From Alphaproteobacteria bacterium (GTDB taxonomy: Bacteria; Pseudomonadota; Alphaproteobacteria; UBA828), in contig CBDEFM010000002.1 in the NCBI GenBank assembly GCA_965237415.1, forward strand, positions 1,280,001 through 1,344,000: DNA of 64,000 nt. Direction: 5' to 3'. Position 1 is the stretch's first letter. Each line of letters begins with the position of its first letter. Under the pieces are notes generated by a model. The model was not told where the DNA came from, made no database searches, and saw only the letters and a list, made by a program, of their open reading frames with translations. The position numbers were made by a program, and so were the translations under genes. Below, piece by piece: positions 19,531 to 28,877 of the stretch.

Positions 19531-19566
19531 GTTGACACGATACAACATTCGCAGAGCCACTGTCGA
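19529..19566 (-). promoter_or_regulatory. Sigma70-like leaderless promoter with overlapping inverted-repeat operator
   Basis: Minus strand TCGACA-N18-TATCGT-N6-ATG; ATGTTG-N8-CAACAT inverted repeat at 19529-19548. Confidence 0.55.
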
Positions 19567-19725
19567 CCGCCACCGTGGGGAATGACCTTGACATGAAACT
19601 TGACCCCCAGCTCTCGATCGGACGAACTGCGGCCGCGGCGTGCCTGACGCGCCGGCCCGTCGGTTGGTACGGCCTCACACAGTACCTGCGGCGACGGCGA
19701 CGCAGCCTGGGACGGCAAGAATAGG

Positions 19726-21231
19726 ATGACCGAGACGCTGACGGCCGATGTCGTGGTCGTGGGCGGCGGCAACGCCGCGCTCTCGGCAGCGCTTGCCGCG
19801 GCCGAGGCCGGCGCTCGCGTGCGCCTGCTCGAAGCCGCGCCCGAGGAAGAGCGGGGCGGCAACAGTACCTATACCGCCGGCGCCATGCGGGTGGTCTTCG
19901 ACGGCACCGATGCGCTCCGCGCGCTGATTCCCGATCTCTCCGGCCGTGAACTGGCGGAGACCGATTTCGGCGCCTACACCGAAGCAGACTATTACGACGA
20001 CATGGCGCGGCTGACCCAGTACCGCGCCGACCCCGACCTGGTCGAGCAGCTCGTGACCCGCAGCCACCCCACCCTGCTCTGGCTGCGCGAGAACGGCGTG
20101 CGCTTCCAGCCGAGTTACGGCCGCCAGGCCTTCAAGAAGGAAGACGGCCGTTTCCGCTTCTGGGGCGGGCTCGCGGTCGAGGCCTGGGGCGGCGGGCCGG
20201 GTCTCGTCGCCGCGCTCTACAAGGCCGCGGCAGAAGCGGGAGTCGCCGTCCATTACAAGGCCGAGGCCCGCTCTCTGCTCACCGACGACGCCGGCGTGCG
20301 CGGCGTGCGCGCACGGATCGACGGGCATACGGTCGATATCCTTGCGGGCGCCGTGGTCCTGGCCTGCGGCGGCTTCGAGGCCAACGCCGCCTGGCGTGCG
20401 CGCTATCTGGGGCCCGGCTGGGACCTCGCCAAGGTGCGCGGGACCCGCTTCAACCAAGGCGACGGCATCCGCATGGCGCTGGAGGCCGGCGCCATGCCGG
20501 CCGGCAACTGGTCCGGCTGCCACGCGGTCGCCTGGGACCGGAATGCACCGGATTTCGGCGACCTCGCCGTGGGCGACGGCTTCCAGAAGCACAGCTACCC
20601 CTTCTCGATCATCGTCAACGCGGCAGGCGAGCGCTTCGTCGACGAGGGCGCGGACTTTCGCAACTACACTTATGCCGCCTACGGCCGGCGGGTGCTGGAG
20701 CAGCCGGGTCAGGTGGCGTGGCAGGTGTTCGACTCGCAGGTGACCCACCTGCTGCGGGACGAGTATCGCATCCGGCAGGTGACCAGGGCGAAGGCGGACA
20801 CGCTGGAGGGTCTCGTTGCCCAGATGGAAGGCATCGACGGCGCGCGCTTCCTCGAGACCGTGCGGGCCTACAACGACGCGGTGGTGACGGAGGCTCCCTT
20901 CGACCCGACCGTGAAGGACGGCCGCGGCACCCGTGGTATCGCCCCGCCCAAGTCCAACTGGGCCAACCGGATCGAGGCTCCGCCGTTCGAGGCCTATGCC
21001 GTCACCTGCGGCATCACCTTCACCTTCGGCGGACTCGCGATCGATCCCTGTGCCCAGGTGCGGGCGGTCTCGGGCACGCCGATCCCCGGCCTCTTCGCGG
21101 CGGGCGAACTGGTCGGCGGTCTCTTCTACGGCAACTATCCGGGTGGCACGGGCTTGGTCTCGGGCGCGGTGTTCGGCCGCCTCGCCGGCACTGGCGCTGC
21201 CCACTTTGCGAAGGAGGGCCGCGACCAGTGA
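19726..21231 (+). CDS. tcuA: FAD-dependent tricarballylate dehydrogenase TcuA-like
   Basis: VVVVGGGNAAL, RGGNS.YTAG, LACGGFEAN, GITFTFGGL, GLFYGNYPGGTGL. Confidence 0.85.
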   Translation: MTETLTADVVVVGGGNAALSAALAAAEAGARVRLLEAAPEEERGGNSTYTAGAMRVVFDGTDALRALIPDLSGRELAETDFGAYTEADYYDDMARLTQYRADPDLVEQLVTRSHPTLLWLRENGVRFQPSYGRQAFKKEDGRFRFWGGLAVEAWGGGPGLVAALYKAAAEAGVAVHYKAEARSLLTDDAGVRGVRARIDGHTVDILAGAVVLACGGFEANAAWRARYLGPGWDLAKVRGTRFNQGDGIRMALEAGAMPAGNWSGCHAVAWDRNAPDFGDLAVGDGFQKHSYPFSIIVNAAGERFVDEGADFRNYTYAAYGRRVLEQPGQVAWQVFDSQVTHLLRDEYRIRQVTRAKADTLEGLVAQMEGIDGARFLETVRAYNDAVVTEAPFDPTVKDGRGTRGIAPPKSNWANRIEAPPFEAYAVTCGITFTFGGLAIDPCAQVRAVSGTPIPGLFAAGELVGGLFYGNYPGGTGLVSGAVFGRLAGTGAAHFAKEGRDQ

Positions 21232-22139
21232 GCGGCGAACACATCGGATTTGTCGGCGTGGGCGTCATGGGCGAGCCCATGTGCCGCAATCTCGTGCGCA
21301 AGCACGACGGACCGGTCACGGCCTACGACCTGGACCCTGCGCCGCTGGAGCGACTCGCGGCCGACGGCGCGGCGGTCGCGCCCTCCATCGCCGGGCTCGC
21401 CGAGGCGGCCGACTTGATCTTCCTGTCGCTCCCTTCGGGCCGCGAGGTGCGGGCGGTGTGCCTCGGCGACGGCGGCCTCATCGAGCTCCTGCCTGCCGGG
21501 CGGACAGTGGTCGACACCAGCACCGCCCCGCCGGCGCTTGCCCGTGAGATTGAAGGCGCCTTCGCCGCGCGCGGTATCGCCTTCGCCGATGCGCCGGTCG
21601 CGCGTACGCGTCAGGCCGCCATCGACGGCACACTCAGCATCATGGTGGGCGGCGATGAGGCGCTGGTCGCGCGGCTGCAGCCGCTGCTCGGCTACATAGC
21701 CCGGGACGTGACCCATTGCGGGCCGGTCGGCAGCGGACAGGCGGTGAAGATCCTGAACAACATGATCCTCTTCCAGAACGTCCGCGCGCTGGCGGAGGGT
21801 CTCGCGATCGCGCGACGTCAGGGGATCGAGCCGGCGACATTCCTGGAGGCGGTGGGCCGAAGCTCGGGGGACAGCTTCGCGCTCCGCAATCACGGAATGA
21901 AGGCGATCCTCGCGGAGCGCTTCCCGGAGAGCGCGTTCCCTGTCACTTACGCGCTGAAGGACCTCGACTACGCGCTTGAACTCGCGGCGGACTCAGGTAT
22001 CGACGCCGAGGGCGCGGTGCTGGTCAAGGCGCTGTTCACCGAGGCCATCGAGAACGGGCTGGGCGCGCGCTACCATCCTGTGATCGCGACCCTGATCGAC
22101 CGCAAGCGCCCGAACCAGCCGGAGGAAGGATCGTCATGA
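21228..22139 (+). CDS. 3-hydroxyisobutyrate/tartronate semialdehyde reductase family NAD(P) oxidoreductase
   Basis: GFVGVGVMG, DTST, DAPV, KILNNM, KDL; GTG start overlaps the tcuA stop. Confidence 0.9.
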   Translation: MSGEHIGFVGVGVMGEPMCRNLVRKHDGPVTAYDLDPAPLERLAADGAAVAPSIAGLAEAADLIFLSLPSGREVRAVCLGDGGLIELLPAGRTVVDTSTAPPALAREIEGAFAARGIAFADAPVARTRQAAIDGTLSIMVGGDEALVARLQPLLGYIARDVTHCGPVGSGQAVKILNNMILFQNVRALAEGLAIARRQGIEPATFLEAVGRSSGDSFALRNHGMKAILAERFPESAFPVTYALKDLDYALELAADSGIDAEGAVLVKALFTEAIENGLGARYHPVIATLIDRKRPNQPEEGSS

Positions 22140-22792
22140 CCCAGATTCCCGACACGCTTCTCGCAACGGTGCGCGGGGAGCTCTCCACCGCGCAGCTCGG
22201 CGACGTGCTCGATACCCTCGGCCGTCGTCACCAGTTCCTGCCGCCGGCCATCCAGCCGGCCGTGCCGGGCACCATGCTCGTCGGCCGGGCGATGCCGCTG
22301 CTGGAGATCGCCGCCACGCCGGACGATTACAGCTTCGGCCTTATGTTCGAAGCCCTCGATTCCCTTCAGACGGACGAGGTGTATGTCGCCGCCGCGGGCG
22401 CGCCGCCCTTTGCGCTCTGGGGCGAGCTGATGACGACCCGCGCGTTGGCACAAAGCGCGGCCGGTGCCGTGCTCGACGGCTACATGCGCGATTCGCGGGA
22501 GATTCGCGGGATGACACTGCCGGTCTTCGCCCGCGGCTCCTACGCGCAGGACCAACGGGGCCGGGGCCGGGTGGTCGCTTACCGGGAGCCGGTTCGGATC
22601 GCCGAGGTCGCTGTCCGGCCGGGCGATTTGATCGTGGGCGACGATGACGGCGTGCTCGTGGTGCCGAGCGAGGTCGCGGCCGAGTGCGTCGAGAAGGCGC
22701 TGGAGAAGCGCCGCATGGAAACCCGAATCGCCAAAGAGATCGAGGCCGGGCTTTCAACCACCGAGGCGTACGAGAAGTACGGGGTGATGTAG
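22136..22792 (+). CDS. RraA family / HMG-CHA aldolase-like protein
   Basis: WGELMT, DGYMRD, PGDLIVGDDDGV. Confidence 0.88.
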   Translation: MTQIPDTLLATVRGELSTAQLGDVLDTLGRRHQFLPPAIQPAVPGTMLVGRAMPLLEIAATPDDYSFGLMFEALDSLQTDEVYVAAAGAPPFALWGELMTTRALAQSAAGAVLDGYMRDSREIRGMTLPVFARGSYAQDQRGRGRVVAYREPVRIAEVAVRPGDLIVGDDDGVLVVPSEVAAECVEKALEKRRMETRIAKEIEAGLSTTEAYEKYGVM

Positions 22793-22827
22793 CGTTTCGG
22801 CCTATGCCGCGGTGATGAAGAGGCCCT

Positions 22828-23862
22828 TCATCTGAAGAGCATCTCGAACTCGTTCGCCACCGAATCCCAGCTCCGGTTCCGGCCACTCCGACGCGCCGTC
22901 TTGCTGGCCTTCTCGAAGGCTTCGTCGTCCTTCAACATGGCAAGGGCATTCTCGACGAACGCATCGTCGTCGGGCGCGAGGAAGCCGGACTGACGATCGG
23001 TGAAGCGCTCCTTGACCGCGCCGACCGGCCGCGCGACCGCCGGCAAGCCGACGGCCTGCGATTCCGCCAATGTCGAGCAATACATCTCGCGTTCGGAGCC
23101 GGGATAGAGATGCACCCGCGCCCTGGCGTAGGCCTTCGCCATGTCCCTGTCGCCGGCGGGCGCCATGATGACCACCCCGTGCTCGGCACCCGCGTGCGCC
23201 TTCTCGTAGATCGGCATGAGCTCTTCGGCCAGCGTCTCGCCAGTCTGCGCGCGCTTGAATGCAGCCGAATAGACCTGCAACTGGGCGTTTGGCGCTTGCG
23301 GGCGAATCCGCTCGATCCACAGACCCAGCAGCCAATCCAGATCGTGCTTCGGGTGGGTGGTGACCACGGCGGTCGGCGGTTCTTCGGGCGACATCTCCTC
23401 GATACTGCGGTATTCCTCGCGCACGCCGGGTGAAATCGAGCGGCAGTAGATCGCGTTCTCCCCCTGCGTCCGATAGGCCTCGGAATGGGTGTTGCCCTGA
23501 AACACGAGCTTGGCGTCGGTGCGGCTCAGCACGTCGTGGACCTGCGGCCGATGGAGGTAATCCGGCGGCCCGGTCACCCAGAGGATGCGCGCCTTGACCG
23601 CGCGCGTGAACTCGAGCAGGGCCGGCTTGCGGAACGCGATCAGCACCTCGGTGATCGGCGGCCTGCGTCCCTCCCAATGAATCCAGCTCACATTCTCGAA
23701 GCCCAGGCTGTTCGGGCTTCGGTTGACGGCGCGCACGACATGGCCCTGGCGCGCGAGCGCCGCCGGCAGGCTGGCAAACGCCTTCTCGGCGCCGCCAATG
23801 GGTTGATAGGCCGGGGTCATCCCGTTGAACGGGATGGAGTCGTCGACCAGAGTGACCAGCAT
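22828..23862 (-). CDS. Glycosyltransferase, GT-B fold (family 4-like)
   Basis: GGAEKAF..L..ALARQGH.V; LYPG..REMYCSTLAESQAVGLP. Confidence 0.82.
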   Translation of the reverse strand: MLVTLVDDSIPFNGMTPAYQPIGGAEKAFASLPAALARQGHVVRAVNRSPNSLGFENVSWIHWEGRRPPITEVLIAFRKPALLEFTRAVKARILWVTGPPDYLHRPQVHDVLSRTDAKLVFQGNTHSEAYRTQGENAIYCRSISPGVREEYRSIEEMSPEEPPTAVVTTHPKHDLDWLLGLWIERIRPQAPNAQLQVYSAAFKRAQTGETLAEELMPIYEKAHAGAEHGVVIMAPAGDRDMAKAYARARVHLYPGSEREMYCSTLAESQAVGLPAVARPVGAVKERFTDRQSGFLAPDDDAFVENALAMLKDDEAFEKASKTARRSGRNRSWDSVANEFEMLFR

Positions 23863-23869
23863 GCCTCGG

Positions 23870-23898
23870 CTTATAGCCCTGCCCGCAGGGCTTGCCAA
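23870..23898 (-). promoter_or_regulatory. Sigma70-like promoter with a perfect palindrome in the spacer
   Basis: Minus strand TTGGCA-N17-TATAAG, 7 nt before the ATG; agccctgc-cc-gcagggct at 23875-23892. Confidence 0.55.
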
Positions 23899-23963
23899 GC
23901 AACGGCGCGGTATCCGAGACCAGGCTGTATGGTTGCGGTACGGGCCGCACGGATGGGGAGACA

Positions 23964-25310
23964 ATGACGACGACCGGCACGAGGGGAACCGCGACGCTGC
24001 AATTGCCGACATGCCCGCGTGCGGCGGAGATCGCGGCCAACGTCCGCGCCGGGCGCGAGAGCGCGAGGGAAGCCTGCGCCGCCGCCCTGGCCCGCATCGC
24101 CGAGACCGAATCGAGCGTGCACGCGTGGCACCATCTCGATGCTGCGCAGGTCCTGGAGCGGGCGCAGGCGATCGACGACGCCGGCCCCAACGGGGCGCTC
24201 GCCGGCGTTCCCGTCGCGGTAAAGGACATCATCGATACTGCCGACCAGCCGACCGAGAATGGCACCCCGCTCGATGCAGGACACAGGCCGGGCGCGGATG
24301 CCACGGTCGTGCGCCGCTTGCGCGCGGCCGGGGCGTTGATCCTGGGCAAGACCGTGACCACCGAGCTTGCCTGCGGCGCCGCCCGCGCCACCCGCAACCC
24401 GCATGCCCTCGCTCATACGCCGGGCGGCTCCTCCTCGGGCTCGGCCGCGACCGTGGCCGCCGGCGGCGTGCCGCTCGCGCTCGGCACCCAGACGGCAGGC
24501 TCGGTCGTGCGGCCCGCCGCCTTCTGTGGCGTGTGGGGCATGAAACCGAGCTTCGGCACGATTCCGCGCACCGGGGTCACGCGACTTTCGCGAACGCTCG
24601 ACCATGTCGGCGTACTCGCAGGCTCGGCGCAGGACGTGGCGCTCGGCATCGATGCGATCTCCGGCGATGACGGTCTGGATCAGGCGAGCGCCGGGCAGGC
24701 GCCCACCCGCCTCGTGGCCGCGCTTGCCCTGCCGCTCGGGCAGCCCCGGCTCGCGTTCATCAGGCAACCGGCCTGGGAGGAGGTCGGCGCGGATGCAGCG
24801 GCGGCCTATGAGGCTGCGGCGGTTGAACTCGGCGCCGAGCCGCTCACCCTCGGCTCGCCCTTCGATCGGGCGGCGCCGGTGCATCTCGGCATCATGAGAC
24901 GGGAGGTTGCCCACGCGTTTACGCCGTGGTTCGCGCGGGGCGCGGCTGACCTCTCCGATACGGTGCGCGCGCACATCGCCGGAGGGCGGGCGACCGATGC
25001 CGATGCCTATCTCTCTCTGCTCGACGAAGCGGACGGGATGCGGTGCGCTTTCGAGCACGCTCTGAGGCCCTACGATGCAGCGCTGACCCCTGCCGCCCCC
25101 GGCGGAGCACCGGAAGGGCTGGACTTTACCGGCAGCCGCTCCCAGACCATGCTCTGGACCATGCTCGGCGTGCCGGCGGTCAATGTCCCGATCCTTTCGG
25201 TAGGAGGCCTGCCGCTCGGCCTCCAGGTGGTGGGGCGCTTCGGCGCCGACGCGACGACGCTGCGCGCGGCGGCCTGGTGCGGCACCCGCTTGCAGGAGGC
25301 GCGCCAGTGA
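23964..25310 (+). CDS. Amidase signature family protein
   Basis: VAVKD, GKTVTTE, TPGGSSSGSAA, GTQTAGSVVRPA. Confidence 0.92.
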   Translation: MTTTGTRGTATLQLPTCPRAAEIAANVRAGRESAREACAAALARIAETESSVHAWHHLDAAQVLERAQAIDDAGPNGALAGVPVAVKDIIDTADQPTENGTPLDAGHRPGADATVVRRLRAAGALILGKTVTTELACGAARATRNPHALAHTPGGSSSGSAATVAAGGVPLALGTQTAGSVVRPAAFCGVWGMKPSFGTIPRTGVTRLSRTLDHVGVLAGSAQDVALGIDAISGDDGLDQASAGQAPTRLVAALALPLGQPRLAFIRQPAWEEVGADAAAAYEAAAVELGAEPLTLGSPFDRAAPVHLGIMRREVAHAFTPWFARGAADLSDTVRAHIAGGRATDADAYLSLLDEADGMRCAFEHALRPYDAALTPAAPGGAPEGLDFTGSRSQTMLWTMLGVPAVNVPILSVGGLPLGLQVVGRFGADATTLRAAAWCGTRLQEARQ

Positions 25311-25355
25311 GCGCACCATTGGGCGCGCAATTGAGCCCACCGTTGAGCGCGCTTT
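25308..25355. repeat. Imperfect tandem repeat, 4 x 12 bp
   Basis: tgagcgcaccat / tgggcgcgcaat / tgagcccaccgt / tgagcgcgcttt. Confidence 0.6.
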
Positions 25356-25385
25356 CCTGCGCGACGTAGCACCGGGACGCAGAGG

Positions 25386-26501
25386 ATGACGCGATTTCAT
25401 TACGCCCATGCCGGTGGGCCGAGCGGCGAAGCCGCCATCGAAGCCTGCATAGAGAAGCTCGGGCCGACGCTGCCGCAGCATGGGCTTGGGATGCTCTACG
25501 TCACCGACGCGATCGGCGACCATCTGCCGGCCGCGCTGGACCGGCTCAAACGCGCGACCGGCATCGACGAGTGGGTGGGCTCGGTCGGCATCGGAATCTG
25601 CGCCACCGGGCGGGAATACTTCGACGAGCCCGCCGCCGCGGTGATGATCGCCGACCTCGACCAGACGAGCTACCGGGTCTTCGACACCATCCGCGACGAC
25701 CTCGGCGAGTTCAGCCGCGACAATGGCGCCTGGATTGCCCGGGCACCCGCCCGCTTCGGTATCGTTCACGCCGACCCGCGCAACCAACGCACGGGCGACA
25801 TCATCGCCGACCTCGCCGACGAGCTGAATGGATTCCTGGTGGGCGGCCTCTCGTCGTCGCGCGCGGTCCCGGCCCAGATCGCGGGCGGGGTCACTGAGGG
25901 CGGGGTCTCCGGCGTCCTCCTTTCCGAGACCGTCGCCGTCGCCACCGCGCTCAGCCAGAGCTGCATGCCGATCGGGCCTGGCCACGAGATCACCGACTGC
26001 CAGGCCAACATCATCATCGAGCTCGACGGGCGCCCGGCGCTCGATGTCTTCAAGGAGGAGATCGGCGAGAAGCTGGCCAGCGAATTGCGCCGGGTCGGCG
26101 GCCTCATCTTCGCGGCTCTCCCGGTCGCGGGCAGCGACACCGGCGACTATCTGGTGCGCAACATCGTGGGCTTCGACGTCGACCGGGGGTTGATCGGTAT
26201 CGGCGAGTTGGTGGAGCGCGGCACCCTGGTGCAGTTCTGCCGCCGCGACGCGGACGCCGCCGAGAAAGACCTCGGCCGCATGGTCGAGTCGGTAAAGCAG
26301 CGGGCCGGCGCCGAGCCGCGCGGCGCCCTCTATTTCACCTGCCTCGCCCGAGGCCCCAACATGTTCGGCGAGGCCTCCGAAGAGCTGCGGCTCATCGAAC
26401 GCGCGCTCGGCGACGTGCCGCTGGTGGGCTTCTTCTGCAACGGCGAGATTTCGCACAACCGGCTTTACGGCTACACCGGCGTTCTCACCCTCTTCCCGTA
26501 G
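25386..26501 (+). CDS. FIST N/C domain protein
   Basis: LVGGLSS, SQSC.PIG, YLVRN..G.D, C.ARG..MFG, VGFFCNGEI. Confidence 0.9.
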   Translation: MTRFHYAHAGGPSGEAAIEACIEKLGPTLPQHGLGMLYVTDAIGDHLPAALDRLKRATGIDEWVGSVGIGICATGREYFDEPAAAVMIADLDQTSYRVFDTIRDDLGEFSRDNGAWIARAPARFGIVHADPRNQRTGDIIADLADELNGFLVGGLSSSRAVPAQIAGGVTEGGVSGVLLSETVAVATALSQSCMPIGPGHEITDCQANIIIELDGRPALDVFKEEIGEKLASELRRVGGLIFAALPVAGSDTGDYLVRNIVGFDVDRGLIGIGELVERGTLVQFCRRDADAAEKDLGRMVESVKQRAGAEPRGALYFTCLARGPNMFGEASEELRLIERALGDVPLVGFFCNGEISHNRLYGYTGVLTLFP

Positions 26502-26508
26502 CCGCCCC

Positions 26509-27531
26509 CTACTTTCCACGCAGATAAGCCTCCGCGAGCGTGCACACGAGCTGGGCGACCTCGGCCGCCAGGCTCTGCGCGCTCGCGGTTTCCGAGCGCG
26601 TGTGAACCCAGCCCAGATAGCTGAACGCGCGCGCGAGCTCGAAGAGCGGCAGGTGCTCGAGTTCCTCGTCCGGCAGGTCGCGCTCGCGGCGGTAGCCCTC
26701 GACGACGCCGGCACGAATCGCCTCGGCCAGGTCGCTGCCGTGATAGATCGTCCACACCGTCGCCAGGTCGAACAGATGCCAGCCGAAGCCGCAGTCGTCG
26801 AAATCGAGAGGGATCACCCGCTCGCCGTCGAGCAGCATGTTGTCGAGGTTGAAGTCGGCGTGGATGAGGCCGTAACGCCGCGGCGAGCGGCCATAGGCCG
26901 TGAGCGCCTCACGCACGCTGGCGCGGGCACGCTCGATCAGGCGGCGCTCCTCGGTGCCGAGCACGGCGGCCTCCCAGAACCGGCCCCAGAGCGGCTCGGG
27001 ACCGACCAGTCCGTCGCGGTCCCAGGCGTGACGCGTGAAACCGGCGGGCGGAGTCCACGCTTCGGTCTGGTTGTGGAGACGGCCGCAAAGCCGGCCGACA
27101 CCGGCAAAGACCGCGTGCACGTCCACGATCGCAGAGTTCAGGCCCTCTTCCAGAGTGCCGATGGGGATGCCGGGCATCCAGGTGAGCATGTCCACCTGGC
27201 GCGGCTCCGGCACACCGGCGCCTTGCACGATCTCGAACGGCGCGCCGGCGGCACTCGGGATCACTGCGGGCACGGCGATACCGTCGGCGTGCAGCGCCTC
27301 CAGCCAGGCAAGCTCGGACCGGAGCGCGGCGTCGCTGTGATAGCCGTGGCGGTGAACGCGGAGCACCGCGTCCCGCCCGTCCGCCGCGGCCACACGAAAC
27401 ACGGCGTTCTCGCGGTACTTGACGATCTCCGGCTCGCAGTCCCGCACGCCCCAGCGGGCTAGCGCGACTGTCGCGAGCGCACGCAAACGCTCGCCCCGCT
27501 CGGCGAGCGGCAGGCGATAGAAGTCGGTCAT
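26509..27531 (-). CDS. Phosphotransferase (APH/homoserine kinase type II-like)
   Basis: RENAVF, LRVHR.GY, GLIHADFNLDNML, LDFDDCGFGW. Confidence 0.88.
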   Translation of the reverse strand: MTDFYRLPLAERGERLRALATVALARWGVRDCEPEIVKYRENAVFRVAAADGRDAVLRVHRHGYHSDAALRSELAWLEALHADGIAVPAVIPSAAGAPFEIVQGAGVPEPRQVDMLTWMPGIPIGTLEEGLNSAIVDVHAVFAGVGRLCGRLHNQTEAWTPPAGFTRHAWDRDGLVGPEPLWGRFWEAAVLGTEERRLIERARASVREALTAYGRSPRRYGLIHADFNLDNMLLDGERVIPLDFDDCGFGWHLFDLATVWTIYHGSDLAEAIRAGVVEGYRRERDLPDEELEHLPLFELARAFSYLGWVHTRSETASAQSLAAEVAQLVCTLAEAYLRGK

Positions 27532-27541
27532 GGTCGCCTTG

Positions 27542-28810
27542 TCACACGCGCTGGTCGAGCGACTCCAGCGTCTCGTCGAGGGCGGCGAGAAGCTGATCTG
27601 CATCGGCGGCCGAAAACGGCATGGGCGGGCGTATCTTGAGTACGTGATCGTGCCGCCCGGTGCGGCTGATCAACACGCCGCGCTCGCGCATCCCGTTCAC
27701 CGCGGCCTTGGTCGCATCCGGCGCCGGCGTTTCGCCGTCTTCGCGAGAGAAGAACGGGACCCCCATGAAGAATCCCCGCCCGCGCGGCGCGCCGATCATG
27801 GCGTGCTTGTTGCCGAGCGCCAGGAGCCCCTCGTGCAAATGCTCGCCAACCGCGTGGGCGTTCTCCATGAGGCCCTCCTCCTCGATGACTTCCAGCACTG
27901 CGTGCCCCACCGCGCAGGAGACCGGATTGCCGCCGAAGGTGTTGAAGTACATGGCCCTGGCCGTGAACTCGTCCATCAACGCCGGACGAGCGACGACGCC
28001 CGCAAGCGGGTGACCGTTGCCCATCGGCTTGCCGAGAGTCACCAGGTCGGGCACCGCGTCATACAGCTGGTGCCCCCACATCGCGGCACCCGTGCGGCCG
28101 AGACCCGGCTGCACCTCGTCCGCGATGTAGAGCCCGCCGGCGTCGCGGTTGAGCGCGACGGCGCGCTCGACGTAGCCCGCCGGCACAGCCGGCATGCCTT
28201 CGGTCGCGAAGATCGTGTCGAAGAAGATCGCGGCGGGCCGGATGCCGGCCTTCGCCATCGAGGCAATGGCGGCCTCGACGTCGGCTGCAGCCTCGGCGGC
28301 GTCTGCCTCGGGGCCATCCGGCACGTGGATCGTGCGCACGCGCGGGTCCCTGCCCTCGGGCGCGTCGAACGCCGTGCAAAGCGAGGCGACCACTGCGGAG
28401 TTCCCGTGGTAGCAGAAGTCCGTGACGATGACGCCCTCGTTGCCCGTGCAAGCGCGCGCGACTCGGAGCGCAAGCTCGCTGGCCTCGGTGCCGGAACAGC
28501 AGAGCGCGACGCGGGAGAGGTCGTCTGCGAAGGTGGCGGTAAGCGCCTCGGCATAGTCGAGGATGCGCTCGTCCAAGTAGCGGGTGGAGAGGTTGAGCCT
28601 GCCGGCCTGATCCGCGAGCGCCTCCACCACATGCGGATGGCAATGGCCCACATGAGGCACGTTGTTGTAGGCGTCGAGATAGACCCGGCCGTCGCTGTCC
28701 CAGACCCTGGTCCCCTCCCCCCTCACCAGATGGAGCGGCTGGTCGTAGAAAAGCGGCGCACCGGCGCCGAGCAGCCGGTGACGGCGTTCGAGCAGCGTCT
28801 CGTCAGACAT
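27542..28810 (-). CDS. Class III aminotransferase-like protein (AGXT2L/phospho-lyase-like)
   Basis: YLDAYNNVPHVGHCHP, DEVQPGLGRTG, TLGKPMGNGHP, YFNTFGGNPVS, LKIRPP. Confidence 0.88.
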   Translation of the reverse strand: MSDETLLERRHRLLGAGAPLFYDQPLHLVRGEGTRVWDSDGRVYLDAYNNVPHVGHCHPHVVEALADQAGRLNLSTRYLDERILDYAEALTATFADDLSRVALCCSGTEASELALRVARACTGNEGVIVTDFCYHGNSAVVASLCTAFDAPEGRDPRVRTIHVPDGPEADAAEAAADVEAAIASMAKAGIRPAAIFFDTIFATEGMPAVPAGYVERAVALNRDAGGLYIADEVQPGLGRTGAAMWGHQLYDAVPDLVTLGKPMGNGHPLAGVVARPALMDEFTARAMYFNTFGGNPVSCAVGHAVLEVIEEEGLMENAHAVGEHLHEGLLALGNKHAMIGAPRGRGFFMGVPFFSREDGETPAPDATKAAVNGMRERGVLISRTGRHDHVLKIRPPMPFSAADADQLLAALDETLESLDQRV

Positions 28811-28877
28811 GAGGGGAGACCTCTTTCGTTGGCCGCAGGCCGTGACATTGGTGAGAAATCCGGGCTAGAGACGTCCC

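Larger units (their letters stand above)
18709..19782. mobile_element. 1074-bp toxin-antitoxin islet bounded by duplicated tcuA 5' end; no mobility gene
   Basis: Two-gene module between 59-bp direct repeats that are 1074 bp apart. Confidence 0.65.

Noticed and set aside
19588-19616. TTGACA as a new tcuA promoter inside the islet
   Set aside because: No convincing -10 box at 16-18 bp.
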